DNA of 64,000 nt from Candidatus Limnocylindrus sp. (GCA_040397235.1 JBBAWH010000003.1:4038-68037), one strand, 5' to 3'; shown: positions 41,276 through 53,881, counted from the stretch's first letter. Notes: a model not told the origin generated them from the sequence alone. Made by a program: numbers and translations.

Positions 41276-41890
41276 CTAGAGCGCGGCCGCTAACGCCTCG
41301 GTAACAAGCCAGCGGTGCACGCCCGTCTCTCCGGTGATCTCGGGGTGGAAGGCGATGCCAAGGATCCGCCCCTGGCGCGCCGCCACGATCCGGCCATCCT
41401 CTAGCGTCGCGACGGCGCGCGCCGACGGGCCAACCTTCACGATCTCAGGGGCACGAATGAAGACAGCCTGAATGGTGCGTGATCGACCGGCGTTGCCGAG
41501 GCCCTCCATGACCAGGCTCGTTTCGAAGGACTCGAGTTGGCGCCCAAACGCATTGCGCCGCACCTCAACATCAAGAAGGGAGAGCACCGGCTCATCACCA
41601 TCGGCGATCTTCGTTGCGAGTAGGATCGCTCCCGCACAGGTGCCCAGGATTGGCGCGCCATGCTTCGCCAACGCTTTGATTGGCTTTACTAGATCCCAGC
41701 GATCCAGTAGCTTGCGCATCGCAGTGCTCTCCCCACCAGGGAGGATCAGACCGTCAACATCATCGAGATCTGTTGGAAGTCGAACCTCTCGCCCTTCAGC
41801 ACCAAGTGTCTCCAGCATGCGGAGATGTTCAGCAAAGTCACCCTGCACTGCGAGGACGCCGATGATCGGCGGGGTGCGGCGCTTCGCCAC
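41276..41890 (-). CDS. pdxT: Pyridoxal 5'-phosphate synthase glutaminase subunit PdxT
   Basis: IGVLAVQGDF...LILPGGESTAM...GTCAG matches PdxT. The start is probably GTG (VAKRR) at 41890, just after the pdxS stop. The ORF to 41947 would overlap pdxS. Confidence 0.8.
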   Translation of the reverse strand: MAKRRTPPIIGVLAVQGDFAEHLRMLETLGAEGREVRLPTDLDDVDGLILPGGESTAMRKLLDRWDLVKPIKALAKHGAPILGTCAGAILLATKIADGDEPVLSLLDVEVRRNAFGRQLESFETSLVMEGLGNAGRSRTIQAVFIRAPEIVKVGPSARAVATLEDGRIVAARQGRILGIAFHPEITGETGVHRWLVTEALAAAL

Positions 41891-41894
41891 GGTG

Positions 41895-42794
41895 CTACCA
41901 GCCGCGATTGGAGAGGCGTTCACTCTCGGGGATGGTGCGCATCTCAATCCCCTTCATTGCTTCACCAAGGCCCGCCGAAACTTCGGCAAGGATGGCGGCG
42001 TTCTTCCAGTGCGTGGTTGCCTGAACGATTGCGGCCGCAGTCTTCGCCGGGTTCTCCGCCTTGAAGATGCCGGAGCCAACGAAGACGCCGTCGGCGCCGA
42101 GCCACATGGAGAGCGCCGCATCGGCCGGCGTGGCAATGCCGCCCGCAACAAAGTTCACAACAGGGAGTCGACCCGCCTTGACGGTGAGCTTGACGAGCTC
42201 GTAGGGGACGCGCATCTCTTTGGCGGCGGCACGCAAACGCTTCTCGCTCTGTCCCTTGAGTGCGGCGATCTCTTCGGTAACGGTACGAATGTGGCGCACC
42301 GCCTCAACGATGTTGCCAGTTCCCGCCTCGCCCTTGGTGCGCATCATTGCGGCGCCCTCGTTGATGCGACGAAGCGCCTCACCGAGATTCTTGCAGCCAC
42401 AGAGGAACGGCACCTTGAAGCCGTGCTTGTTGAGGTGGTAGCGATCGTCGGCGGGGGTGAGCACCTCTGACTCGTCGATGTAGTCCACATCGAGCGCCTC
42501 TAGGATGCGCGCCTCGATCTCATGGCCGATACGTGCCTTTGCCATCACTGGGATGGAGACAGCTGCCTGGATCCCCTTGATCATGTCGGGGTCACTCATG
42601 CGGGCAACTCCCCCGTCGCGACGAATGTCAAACGGGACGCGCTCCAGTGCCATAACGGCAACGGCCCCAGCCTCTTGGGCGATCTTCGCCTCCGCCGGGT
42701 TAACGACGTCCATGATCACGCCGCCCTTCAGCATTTGGGCGAGACCGCTCTTCGTGGCCCAGGTCGACGTCTTGGCGCGCTTCGGTGCCGGCAT
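41895..42794 (-). CDS. pdxS: Pyridoxal 5'-phosphate synthase lyase subunit PdxS
   Basis: [33 protein letters not shown], typical of PdxS. Confidence 0.9.
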   Translation of the reverse strand: MPAPKRAKTSTWATKSGLAQMLKGGVIMDVVNPAEAKIAQEAGAVAVMALERVPFDIRRDGGVARMSDPDMIKGIQAAVSIPVMAKARIGHEIEARILEALDVDYIDESEVLTPADDRYHLNKHGFKVPFLCGCKNLGEALRRINEGAAMMRTKGEAGTGNIVEAVRHIRTVTEEIAALKGQSEKRLRAAAKEMRVPYELVKLTVKAGRLPVVNFVAGGIATPADAALSMWLGADGVFVGSGIFKAENPAKTAAAIVQATTHWKNAAILAEVSAGLGEAMKGIEMRTIPESERLSNRGW

Positions 42795-42879
42795 GCCCCT
42801 ATTCTCGCATATCTCCCCGTCCGCCGTGGGCTAACCGGCGGTGCGAAAGGCGCAGATCCCCTGCTACGATCGCGCTCAT

Positions 42880-43413
42880 ATGAACAGTGAAGTTCTCGTT
42901 CTGAATCAGGACTACGAACCGCTCAACGTCGCCTCACTGCCGCGCGCCTTCCGACTGGTGCTGGGTGGCAAGGCCGAGATCCTCGCCGAAGGTGAACCGA
43001 TCCGCAGCGCATCGCGTAGCTGGACGGCACCCTCTGTGGTGCGACTGCGCCATCGCGTGCGCCGCCCACGCCCGCGCGCCAAGTTGAGCCGCAAGGAGAT
43101 CTTTGCGCGCGATGGCCATGCCTGCCAATACTGCGGCCGCACCGGCGTATCTCTGACGATTGATCACATCGTGCCGAAGAGCCGCGGCGGCGATACCTGG
43201 ACGTGGGAGAACCTGGTCACCGCCTGCATGGCGTGCAACCACCGTAAGGGCGACCGCCTCCCCGAGGCTGCAGGCCTTGCGCTTCGACGCAAACCGTACG
43301 AGCCGCGCTGTGACGTATACGCCGTCTTCTTGCCATACCTGCGGCACGACGCTTACTCGGCATGGCGCGACTTTCTCTTCATCTCTGATAGCGCGGCGGC
43401 CAGCGGCGCGTGA
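42880..43413 (+). CDS. HNH endonuclease-family protein
   Basis: CQYCG...IDHIVPKSRGG...CMACNHRKGD. The start was trimmed to MNSEVLVL. Confidence 0.75.
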   Translation: MNSEVLVLNQDYEPLNVASLPRAFRLVLGGKAEILAEGEPIRSASRSWTAPSVVRLRHRVRRPRPRAKLSRKEIFARDGHACQYCGRTGVSLTIDHIVPKSRGGDTWTWENLVTACMACNHRKGDRLPEAAGLALRRKPYEPRCDVYAVFLPYLRHDAYSAWRDFLFISDSAAASGA

Positions 43414-44750
43414 CCCCCGCGGCGGCGGTTCGCGCCGCCATCCCTCGCGACGTTGCTGACCTACTGCGCGCGCTGCGAGCGGCAGGGTTTGGCGCCTACG
43501 TTGTTGGTGGTGCCGTTCGCGATGTGATCGCTGGGAGAGTGCCAGCAGATTGGGATCTTGCCACCGAGGCCACACCAGACCAGCTGCGTGCTCTCTTTCC
43601 ACACGCCACCTATGAGAATCGATTTGGCACCGTTGGGGTTCCAACGATCGACGGAGTGGTGCGCGAGATCACCACCTTCCGCGCTGATAGCGGTAGCAGT
43701 GACGCTCGCCGCCCCGACGAGGTCACCTTCCTCCCACGTATTGAGGGCGATCTGGCTCGCCGAGACTTCACCATCAACGCGATCGCCTACGGCCTCGCCC
43801 CTGGCGCAAGTCGCCGCGCCGATCCAGTTGCTGATGGAGCCATCGTCGACCCACACGGTGGCATCGACGATCTGGCCAACGGTGTACTGCGCGCCGTTGG
43901 AGATCCGACCGAACGATTCCTTGAAGATACGTTGCGCATGCTTCGCGCGATCCGGTTTGTTGCACGGTTCAACTTGTCGTTGGAGACAGGAACCGCCGCA
44001 GCGATCAAGCGCGATGCCCCACTCGCTGCGCGCCTCTCTGGTGAGCGCATCGGCGCGGAGATCGACGGGGTTCTCGCCGCCGAGCGACCAGCACGTGCAC
44101 TGCAACTCGCTGCAGAGCTCGGCATCCTCGCCGCCATCGCGCCAGCACTTGCCGCCGAATGGAGCGCCGAGGTTGGCACGCGCGTCGAGGCGGTCGGTGG
44201 CGACGCGCTCTCCGATGCGCCAGACCCCCTGGGGCGCATGAGCGAGCTCTTCCTGCCGATCGCCGATGATGAGGATGTTGCAGCGCTCCTTGAATCCTGG
44301 CGCCGGCCGCGTGCAACGGTTGCAGCCATTCAGCAGATTCGCGATCTCGATCGTGCCGTGGCTGCTGCAGAGAGCGAGGCGGAACGGGGCCATCTTGATG
44401 GGGCAGCGCTGCGCATCGTGGCGGCCGCTACCACTGGTGACCCACGAGATGCCGCGCGACAGATTCGCCGCCGTGCCGCCGCCGGTCGGGCCAGTCGCGC
44501 AGCCACCGCACTCCTCAACGCATGCGTGCAGGGTGATGAGCAGCAGGCTCCCGCCGCAGCGAGCGACCTCGCCGTCGGGGGCGATCAGCTGATGGCTCAC
44601 CTCGGTCGCACACCAGGGCCGTGGGTCGCCGCACTCCTTGCGCGACTCGTTGATGACGTCGCCCATCGTCGCGTGGCGAATGCCGGGAGTGACCTCCTTG
44701 CATGGAGCGAACGCATCGTTGCAAGCGAGGGGCGTGACTCCATCGCGTAG
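43410..44750 (+). CDS. cca: CCA-adding tRNA nucleotidyltransferase / polyA polymerase-family protein
   Basis: Pol-beta head GAYVVGGAVRD...DWDLAT. 4-nt overlap with the HNH gene. Confidence 0.8.
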   Translation: MTPAAAVRAAIPRDVADLLRALRAAGFGAYVVGGAVRDVIAGRVPADWDLATEATPDQLRALFPHATYENRFGTVGVPTIDGVVREITTFRADSGSSDARRPDEVTFLPRIEGDLARRDFTINAIAYGLAPGASRRADPVADGAIVDPHGGIDDLANGVLRAVGDPTERFLEDTLRMLRAIRFVARFNLSLETGTAAAIKRDAPLAARLSGERIGAEIDGVLAAERPARALQLAAELGILAAIAPALAAEWSAEVGTRVEAVGGDALSDAPDPLGRMSELFLPIADDEDVAALLESWRRPRATVAAIQQIRDLDRAVAAAESEAERGHLDGAALRIVAAATTGDPRDAARQIRRRAAAGRASRAATALLNACVQGDEQQAPAAASDLAVGGDQLMAHLGRTPGPWVAALLARLVDDVAHRRVANAGSDLLAWSERIVASEGRDSIA

Positions 44751-44759
44751 ACTCTCGGT

Positions 44760-45731
44760 ATGACGCTAGAGTCACAAACGATCTTGGTGACGGGTGGGGC
44801 CGGGTACATCGGCGCGGCGAGCGCCAATGCCCTGATCGCCAGCGGCCATCGTGTGGTCATCCTGGATGACCTCTCGGCGGGACACGCCGACACGATCCCA
44901 AATGAGGCCTCCTCGATCGTTGGGAGCTATGCCGACGGGGATCGCATGCAGAGCCTGCTCCGTGATGCACGGGTCGACACGATCCTGCACATCGGGGCGC
45001 TGAGCATCGTTGCCGAGAGCGTGGCCCAGCCAGAGCGCTACTTCAAGGCAAACCTCGTCGGCAGCATCACCCTGCTCGACGCGGCGATCGCCGTTGGCGT
45101 GAAGCGGCTCATCTTCTCCTCAAGCGCGGCGGTCTATGGCGCCTCTTCATCAAGCGTGCTCCATGAAGAGCTCCCCCTTGCGCCGGTTAACCCGTACGGG
45201 GCAACGAAGGCCGCCTTTGAGCAGGTTCTTCGCGCCTACTCTGCGGCGCACGGGCTCACTGCAATTGCGCTGCGCTACTTCAATGTTGCGGGGGCAACGG
45301 AACAGGTGACAGAGCGCCACAACCCAGAGACACACCTGCTGCCACGCCTCATGAACGCCGCGCGCACAGGGGAGCCATTCGAGCTCTACGGGAACGACTA
45401 CGCCACCCCCGACCGCACCGCCGTCCGTGACTATGTGCATGTTGCCGACGTTGCCGCAGCGCACCTTGCCGCGATTGAGAAGCTTGCCGCCGAAGAGGGG
45501 CGCGGCTTCAGTGCCATCAACATTGGGAGCGGCGCAGGCACGAGTATTCGCGAGGCGATCAAGGCCTTCGAGAAGGCTTCGGGCGCGCGCATCGACGTAC
45601 AAGAGCACCCCCGCCGCGCCGGTGATCCGCCCCGCCTCGTGGCTGACATCTCACGGGCGCACAGTCAGTTGGGTTGGCGCCCACGCCAGAGCGATATCAA
45701 TCGGATTGTGAAGAGCCTGCTCCCGAAGTAG
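44760..45731 (+). CDS. galE: UDP-glucose 4-epimerase
   Basis: Rossmann fold ILVTGGAGYIG and the YxxxK active site. Confidence 0.85.
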   Translation: MTLESQTILVTGGAGYIGAASANALIASGHRVVILDDLSAGHADTIPNEASSIVGSYADGDRMQSLLRDARVDTILHIGALSIVAESVAQPERYFKANLVGSITLLDAAIAVGVKRLIFSSSAAVYGASSSSVLHEELPLAPVNPYGATKAAFEQVLRAYSAAHGLTAIALRYFNVAGATEQVTERHNPETHLLPRLMNAARTGEPFELYGNDYATPDRTAVRDYVHVADVAAAHLAAIEKLAAEEGRGFSAINIGSGAGTSIREAIKAFEKASGARIDVQEHPRRAGDPPRLVADISRAHSQLGWRPRQSDINRIVKSLLPK

Positions 45732-45733
45732 CG

Positions 45734-46120
45734 CTACTGGATTCGGACGAGCACCTTCGCATCAGACCAGAGCTGTTCAAGCTTGTAGAAGTCGCGCTCT
45801 GGCGGCGTGAAGATATGCACGATCACGCTTCCGTAATCTAAGACGATCCAGTGTGAGGCCGCCGCGCGATGGCGGTGAGCCGGAGTGATGCCGTCTTCGG
45901 CCATGCCACTGACGATGCTCTCCGTGATCGCCGCAAGTTGTGGCTCAGAGCCACCAGTGCAGATCACGAACGCCTCAGTGACGGTGGTGAGGCCGCTGAC
46001 GTCTAGAACAAGAATGTCGGCCGCCTTCTTCTCTTCCGCAAGGAGGGCAACCTTTCGCGCAAGGTCATGCGGCTCAATGGCAGTTTGCTGTTTGGTTGAC
46101 ATGACCTCAGCGTACCGCAC
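45734..46120 (-). CDS. rsfS: Ribosome silencing factor RsfS (Iojap)
   Basis: ADILVLDVSGLTTVTEAFVICTGGSEPQLAAI. Confidence 0.85.
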   Translation of the reverse strand: MRYAEVMSTKQQTAIEPHDLARKVALLAEEKKAADILVLDVSGLTTVTEAFVICTGGSEPQLAAITESIVSGMAEDGITPAHRHRAAASHWIVLDYGSVIVHIFTPPERDFYKLEQLWSDAKVLVRIQ

Positions 46121-46134
46121 TAACGGCTGTGCAA

Positions 46135-46812
46135 TTACGAGGCTGGATCAACGGGTACATCTTCCACTTCGACAGGGCGCTCGAGCACTAGCTCTGGTCG
46201 ACCGCGATAGAGCCCCTCACGTCGGATGAGGTCGGCAACTGCGCCAGGGACGAGGTAACGCAGGGAGCGACCGCGCGCTGCCAACGCGCGCAACTCTCGG
46301 CTAGCGTGAGAGAGATGGAAGCCGTCGAGATAGAGGAAGCGGTCTTCCCTACCCGGGAAGTGGCGCGTAAGCCAGGCGCGGTCTGGAGTTGGCGTGCCGG
46401 GCCGCGGCAGTGCTGCGACCCGCGCCAGGTCAAGGATGCCCGTTGCGTCTTCCCACGCGTTAAACCCGAGGAGTGACTCAACGGAGAGGATCAGCGTGAG
46501 CTCGGGCGCAGCGCCACCTTCGCGCCGCTCCGCTGCGATGGCTCGAAGTGTATCAATCGTGTACGAGAGTCCAGGGCGATCAATCTCCATGCGACTCATC
46601 TCAAAGGCTGGGTTTCCGGCAATCGCAAGTGCGACCATGCGGCAGCGAGTCTCAGGATCGGTGACGCGATCGGCAACCTTATGGGGTGGTCGTGCGGCGG
46701 GAACAAAGAGCACGTGGTCAAGCTTCAGGAGTTCGAAGGCGGCCTGACCGAGGGCAAGGTGGCCATCATGGATCGGATCGAACGTGCCACCGAGGACCCC
46801 GATCCCACTCAC
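46135..46812 (-). CDS. nadD: Nicotinate-nucleotide adenylyltransferase
   Basis: GGTFDPIHDGH (H/T-x-G-H nucleotidyltransferase motif). Confidence 0.85.
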   Translation of the reverse strand: MSGIGVLGGTFDPIHDGHLALGQAAFELLKLDHVLFVPAARPPHKVADRVTDPETRCRMVALAIAGNPAFEMSRMEIDRPGLSYTIDTLRAIAAERREGGAAPELTLILSVESLLGFNAWEDATGILDLARVAALPRPGTPTPDRAWLTRHFPGREDRFLYLDGFHLSHASRELRALAARGRSLRYLVPGAVADLIRREGLYRGRPELVLERPVEVEDVPVDPAS

Positions 46813-48200
46813 CCTTCGCTCTCCCCGTCGTTGTTCGGAGTTGCGGCCAAGAGAACGCCATCAAGCTCAAGTGCCTCTGCCTCTTCGGCCGCGCTGAGAA
46901 GTGACGCGTCATCAGGGTCATCCCACTCAAGTGAGAGTTCGCCGATCGTGACGGTGTCGCCGCTGCGGCATCCCGCCTTTCGCAGCGCAGACTCAATCCC
47001 TTGGCGGGCGAGCTCGTGCTGGAATCGCTCTGCAGATTCTTCGCGAGCAAAGTCGGTCTGGTGAACGAGTCGCTCAATTGCCTTACCTCGAACACGGAAC
47101 CCCTCACCCTCGCGGCTGACCTCGAAGCCAATCGAGGCGATCGGATTGATGCGGTGCACCACCACGCCCGCAGGCTCAGCCGGATACGAGAGCGTCTCTG
47201 CGTCAGGGAGAAGGTCTGCCAAGGCGTCGCGCAGCGCAGCGATCCCCTCCCCTCGCTCGCCGCCCGCGGCAGAGATCGGCAGCACATGGAGACCTAGCTC
47301 GCGGAACGCAGCGGTGAGTTCCGCCTCGCGAGCCTTCGCCTCTGGGCGATCTAGTTTGTTGAGGGCAACGAGGGTCGTCTTCTCGAGCAGGGCTGGGTTA
47401 TGCGCCTCGAGCTCCGTGCGAATGATCGCGGCGTCACGTACAGGGTCGGGAGCCGACGCGTCCACCACGTGTACCAGCACGCGCGTGCGAGAGGCGTGTC
47501 GCAAGAAGGCGAAGCCGAGACCCGCACCGATAGATGCCCCCTCAATCAGCCCTGGAAGATCGGCAACAGTCGGTCGACGGCCATCATCAATGCCCAGCTC
47601 CAACACACCTAAGTTCGGCTCGAGGGTGGTGAAGGCGTAGTCACCAATCTTTGGCTGCGCCGCGGTGATGGCGGCGAGTAGCGTGGACTTCCCTGCATTT
47701 GGCAGCCCAACAAGGCCAACATCAGCGATCAGTCGCAACTCAAAGCGCACCTCGCGCAGCTCGCCCGGCTCCCCCTTTTGCGCGTGGCGGGGGGCTTGAT
47801 GTGTCGCCGTGGTGAAGTGCGCATTGCCAAGGCCACCACGGCCGCCTCGCACCAGCAACACATGTTGCTCCCGCGAAACCAGGTCTGCGATCAGGTCTCC
47901 ACTCTTTGCATCAAAGATTGCCGTGCCTGGTGGCACGCCAATCACCAAGTCGCGCCCAGCCTTGCCGTGCGACGTTTTGTTCCCGCCCTGACTCGCGTCG
48001 CCTGCAACGTATCGCCGCTTGACCTCAAAGTCCCGCAGGGTCGTCTGTCCCGTATCAACCGCAACGTAAATGCTGCCACCGCGGCCACCGTCGCCGCCAT
48101 CAGGGCCGCCGCGTGGCACATGTGACTCGCGACGCATCGTCGATGCGCCATCACCGCCGCGCCCGGCGGCAAGGTGGATCTCTACAATGTCAAGAAACAT
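46809..48200 (-). CDS. obg: GTPase Obg/CgtA with C-terminal extension domain
   Basis: Obg fold MFLDIVEIHLAAGRGGDGASTMRRE. G-domain motifs G1 GLPNAGKST and G3 DLPG. The start was trimmed to MFLD (48200). 4-nt overlap with nadD. Confidence 0.9.
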   Translation of the reverse strand: MFLDIVEIHLAAGRGGDGASTMRRESHVPRGGPDGGDGGRGGSIYVAVDTGQTTLRDFEVKRRYVAGDASQGGNKTSHGKAGRDLVIGVPPGTAIFDAKSGDLIADLVSREQHVLLVRGGRGGLGNAHFTTATHQAPRHAQKGEPGELREVRFELRLIADVGLVGLPNAGKSTLLAAITAAQPKIGDYAFTTLEPNLGVLELGIDDGRRPTVADLPGLIEGASIGAGLGFAFLRHASRTRVLVHVVDASAPDPVRDAAIIRTELEAHNPALLEKTTLVALNKLDRPEAKAREAELTAAFRELGLHVLPISAAGGERGEGIAALRDALADLLPDAETLSYPAEPAGVVVHRINPIASIGFEVSREGEGFRVRGKAIERLVHQTDFAREESAERFQHELARQGIESALRKAGCRSGDTVTIGELSLEWDDPDDASLLSAAEEAEALELDGVLLAATPNNDGESEG

Positions 48201-48204
48201 TGCG

Positions 48205-49737
48205 TTACGGGAGGAAGCGCGCTGGGTTGTAGAGCGTCGAGGAGCCCGCAAGCGGGAATCCTCGAGAGACGACGAAGTGCAAGTGTGGGCCGGTCGCGCA
48301 GCCAGTTTGGCCGATGCGTCCGATGCGAGTTCCACGCGTCACCTTTTGGCCGGTGCTCGCGACGATGCCGGAGAGGTGGTAGTAGCCGGTGTAGAGATTT
48401 GATCCGTGCGCAATGATCACCTGGTAGCCGCCGCAGTTGTTGCGCCACCCAGTGAAGACCACGACGCCGTCACCTGCGGCGACGACTGAGGCACCGTAGG
48501 CATTAGAGATATCCATGCCGAGGTGGGAGCGCGTAAATCCACGCACATATCGACCACCCGGTACGGGGTATCGGAATTTCACGCCGCTGTAGACCGCCGG
48601 AAGTGGTCCCGTATAGCCGATAAGCCCATCGCCTCGAGTAAATGTTGGTAGCGCAGCGCCTCGTCCACCAGGGAGCACCAGGACCATCCCTAGTACAAGG
48701 TCCACCACCTTTAGCTTGTTGTAGGTACGAATGGTTGTGGGTGTAACTCGATACTTTGATGCGATCGACTTGAGCGTTTCGTGTTCACGCACCGTCACGA
48801 CGATGCCGCGTGTATCAGGAACGCGAAGGCGCTTACCCACCGCTGGATTGTCGGCGGACTGCAGGCCGTTCGACCAGATCAGCTCCATTGAGGAGATCTT
48901 GTATCGTTTCGCGATCGCGGCAAGCGTCTCACCGCGTGCGACCACATGAATGAGCACGTGATCGCGGCCGTCGGCCACAACGATGTCAATCGCGGCGGGG
49001 AGCTCTAGTGTTCCATCGTCAAGGAAGATCGGCCCGTCGATTGCCGTTGTCGCAACAACTGAGTCCGGGGCTTGCACAACCACCTCGGTCGCACGCATCG
49101 AGAAGGTGCTCTCTATTGCAGTTTCTCCAATGAGTACGCCGTCAGACACTGCGGTGTTCTCTGCGATGCCATCTGAGGCAAATTGGTCTGGGTTCTCGGT
49201 ACCGCCCCACTCCGTCGTAAACGTTGGCTCATACGCTGCGCTCATGCCTACACCCATACCGCCGTCATCCAGCGCCTGGGTGCGAGCGTCGACGGTTGGT
49301 CCTGGGAGCAGGCTTGCAATAATCGCGACGCTTAAGAGCCCTGCGATCACGGCGGGCATCGCTCGTTCCGGCTCACGACCGAGCTTGCGCAACCCTGAGT
49401 CGAGTGAGCGCCGTCGGTGACGCAGCGACCGAAGGATGCCGCGCTCCTCAAGCGCTGGGGTGACCTTGTGGGCGATTGTCGCGACCACAAGTCCAGTGGT
49501 GCGGGTTGCAAGGGTGGGGTGAACACGGACTCGTCGAGGGAGCGGGTGCCTCAGGAACTCTCCAGCGCGGAAGAGGCTCAGCCGGATGGCACGCTCACCG
49601 CTACGCTCAAGGAACGATCGGAAGGCGAGGAGTCGACGGCGGATGGCCGCGGCGAGGCGGAAGGTGGGACTTCCAGCTCGCACATTGCGATGCTGGGATC
49701 CGCGGGCAGACGTTTTTTGGCGCTTCACATCTGGCAT
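48205..49737 (-). CDS. M23-family metallopeptidase with two LysM domains; N-terminal 126 codons may be non-coding
   Basis: LysM segments (ARGETLAAIAKRYKIS, REHETLKSIASKYRVT) and an M23 C-terminus (HLGMD...GCATGPHLHF). The Arg-rich N-terminal stretch precedes a TM. An alternative start at MPAVIAGLL (49359) is possible. Confidence 0.7.
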   Translation of the reverse strand: MPDVKRQKTSARGSQHRNVRAGSPTFRLAAAIRRRLLAFRSFLERSGERAIRLSLFRAGEFLRHPLPRRVRVHPTLATRTTGLVVATIAHKVTPALEERGILRSLRHRRRSLDSGLRKLGREPERAMPAVIAGLLSVAIIASLLPGPTVDARTQALDDGGMGVGMSAAYEPTFTTEWGGTENPDQFASDGIAENTAVSDGVLIGETAIESTFSMRATEVVVQAPDSVVATTAIDGPIFLDDGTLELPAAIDIVVADGRDHVLIHVVARGETLAAIAKRYKISSMELIWSNGLQSADNPAVGKRLRVPDTRGIVVTVREHETLKSIASKYRVTPTTIRTYNKLKVVDLVLGMVLVLPGGRGAALPTFTRGDGLIGYTGPLPAVYSGVKFRYPVPGGRYVRGFTRSHLGMDISNAYGASVVAAGDGVVVFTGWRNNCGGYQVIIAHGSNLYTGYYHLSGIVASTGQKVTRGTRIGRIGQTGCATGPHLHFVVSRGFPLAGSSTLYNPARFLP

Positions 49738-49823
49738 TCCAGCCTCCGATCTCCGCCTTAGTCTACCCCTCGGCTATGCCGCCGAGCGGGGCACCCTGGC
49801 ACACGCGGTGCCTCGTGCGTGGG

Positions 49824-51299
49824 CTACGAGGGGTTTGACCCCTCAGTGCCCTTGGTGAGCGAGGCGAGGAACTGCGCGTTCGACTCGGTCTTGGCAATGC
49901 GGTTGAGCAGGAGTTCAATCCCCTCATTGGCGCCAACGGCCGAGAGCATGCGGCGCATTGTCCAGACCATCTTGAGTGTCCCCTCGTCAAGGAGGAGCTC
50001 CTCGCGGCGGGTGCCGGAGCGCTGCACGTCAATCGCCGGGAAGATGCGCTTCTCGGCCAACTTGCGGTCGAGCACAAGTTCGGAATTACCCGTCCCCTTG
50101 AACTCTTCGTAGATCACATCGTCCATCTTCGAGCCGGTGTCGACCAGGCAGGTACCGATGATGGTGAGCGAGCCGCCCTCTTCGAGCTTTCGCGCTGCAC
50201 CGAAGAAGCGCTTCGGTGGGTAGAGGGCAATTGGGTCGATACCGCCCGAGAGCGTTCGCCCGGATGGTGGAAGCGCCAAGTTGTAGGCACGCGCCAGTCG
50301 GGTGATGGAATCGAGCAGCACGACCACGTCAGCGCCGGCCTCGGTGCGGCGCTTCGCAATCTCAAGCGCCATCTCGGCGACATGCGTGTGGTTCTCGGTC
50401 GGCTCGTCGAAGGTCGACGAGATAACCTCGCCCTTTACAGAGCGGCGCATGTCGGTGACCTCTTCGGGTCGCTCGCCGATGAGGCAGACCATCAGGGAGA
50501 TCTCTGGGTAGTTCGCCGTGACGCCTTGGGCGATCTGCTTCAGTAGGCTCGTCTTGCCGGCCTTCGGTGGCGAGACGATGAGGGCGCGCTGCCCCTTGCC
50601 AATCGGGTTTACGAGGTTAATGAGGCGCTGCGAGAGGTTCGAGGGGACCGTCTCAAGGTTGATCAGCTCAATCGGGTGAATCGGTGTGAGGTCGCCGAAG
50701 TGTGGACGTTGTCGCGCCGACTCTGGGTCGGTGCCGGAGACGATCTCAATACGGAGCATTCCCCAGAACTTCTCGCCCTCGCGCGGTGCGCGAATGACGC
50801 CGCCGATCGTGTCGCCCTGGCGCAAGCCGAGTCGGCGCACCATTGGCGACGGAACGTAGACATCGTCGGCACTTGGCAGGAGGCCATTGCGTCGAATGAA
50901 GCCGTAGCCGTCGTCGACGATTTCGAGAATTCCCTCCGCCCAGATCTGACCCTGCTCGTCGGCCTGCGCCGTGAGGATCTTCTGGATGACCGCGGTGAGC
51001 TCCTCTTGCTGCGTGGCCACGACGCCGAGCCTCTTTGCCGCGGCAATCAGTTCGGTCGCCGTCATGTTGGCGAGAGCGGCAAAGGTGACGAGGCCTTCGG
51101 CGGCAAGGTCGGCCTCGGAGAGCACCTCAACGTCAGCCGGAAGCGCGCTCTGCGGCATGCGCATGGAGTTTGGGTTCGGTCCGCCGCGGCGGGGTGGTCG
51201 TCGTGGGCCGCGGTTTCGTCCGTCGTTCATATCAGTTGGATACCTTCCTCTATCTGTGGGTGGCTGCATCCCTGGTAGGCGGAACTGCGCCGCGTTCAC
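49824..51299 (-). CDS. rho: Transcription termination factor Rho
   Basis: RNA-binding and ATPase domains (P-loop GKTSLL). The Arg/Gly-rich N-terminus suggests alternative starts at 51164 or 51158. Confidence 0.9.
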   Translation of the reverse strand: MNAAQFRLPGMQPPTDRGRYPTDMNDGRNRGPRRPPRRGGPNPNSMRMPQSALPADVEVLSEADLAAEGLVTFAALANMTATELIAAAKRLGVVATQQEELTAVIQKILTAQADEQGQIWAEGILEIVDDGYGFIRRNGLLPSADDVYVPSPMVRRLGLRQGDTIGGVIRAPREGEKFWGMLRIEIVSGTDPESARQRPHFGDLTPIHPIELINLETVPSNLSQRLINLVNPIGKGQRALIVSPPKAGKTSLLKQIAQGVTANYPEISLMVCLIGERPEEVTDMRRSVKGEVISSTFDEPTENHTHVAEMALEIAKRRTEAGADVVVLLDSITRLARAYNLALPPSGRTLSGGIDPIALYPPKRFFGAARKLEEGGSLTIIGTCLVDTGSKMDDVIYEEFKGTGNSELVLDRKLAEKRIFPAIDVQRSGTRREELLLDEGTLKMVWTMRRMLSAVGANEGIELLLNRIAKTESNAQFLASLTKGTEGSNPS

Positions 51300-51376
51300 T
51301 GTGCAGTTCGGGGGGGTGAGTGAACTCTATGGCAGCCGCTGCCGCTCGTCAAGAGCCCGCAGGATCGGGCCCGTAG

Positions 51377-52033
51377 CTACTTCTCGGAGGTGGCCTTCGC
51401 CCAGTCCGACTTGAAGATCGCGATCCCCTTATCGGTGAGTGGATGCTTCGTCATCTGCTCAAGCACCTTGAGTGGCATCGTCGCCACGTGCGCCCCCGCC
51501 AGTGCCGACTCTGTGACGTGTCGTGGGTGGCGGATCGAGGCGGCGAGGATCTCGCAGTGGTCGAGCCCCTCGTAGTTCGCGAAGATCTCGGCGAGTTCTT
51601 GGATCACGATCATCCCGTCTTCATTGATGTCGTCGAGTCGGCCAACGAATGGGCTGATCAGCGAGGCGCCCGCCTTTGCCGCCATGAGCCCCTGGTTCGC
51701 GGTGAAGATCAGGGTACAGTTCGTCTTGATCCCCTCGGCGGCGAGGCGGCTAATTGCCTCAAGGCCGGCGGTCGTCAGGGCGACCTTGACGACGATGTTC
51801 GAAGCGATCTTCGCAAAGGCGAGACCCTCTTTGACCATGCCGTCGGCGTCATCGCTCATGACCTCAGCCGAGACCGGGCCCTTGGTAAGGCCGCAGATCT
51901 CCTTCAGGATCTCCTCGTACGAGCCGCCAACCTTCGCGTAGAGCGACGGGTTCGTGGTGACGCCGTCAACGACGCCCCACTTGATCCCGGTCTTGATCTC
52001 TTCAATGTCAGCGGTGTCCAAGAAGAACTTCAT
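51377..52033 (-). CDS. Fructose-6-phosphate aldolase / transaldolase (TalC/Fsa subfamily)
   Basis: MKFFLDTADIEEIK...TTNPSL, and the Schiff-base Lys region. Confidence 0.85.
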   Translation of the reverse strand: MKFFLDTADIEEIKTGIKWGVVDGVTTNPSLYAKVGGSYEEILKEICGLTKGPVSAEVMSDDADGMVKEGLAFAKIASNIVVKVALTTAGLEAISRLAAEGIKTNCTLIFTANQGLMAAKAGASLISPFVGRLDDINEDGMIVIQELAEIFANYEGLDHCEILAASIRHPRHVTESALAGAHVATMPLKVLEQMTKHPLTDKGIAIFKSDWAKATSEK

Positions 52034-52076
52034 GGTGCCCCCTCAATACTGAATGGCTTAGCCCGATGCTGGGCGA

Positions 52077-53837
<1,761 letters not shown>

Positions 53838-53881
53838 TCAAGGTGGGGCGCTCGGGGTTTCCCGAACGAGCCTGACGGAGT

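Noticed and set aside
49740-49810. GC-rich hairpins downstream of rho (cccctcggc...gccgagcgggg; ggcacc...ggtgcc) as an intrinsic terminator.
   Set aside because: The stems are imperfect with long loops and no U-tract. They are plausible but not distinguishable from chance in GC-rich DNA without folding energies. They are mentioned only under the M23 leader finding.
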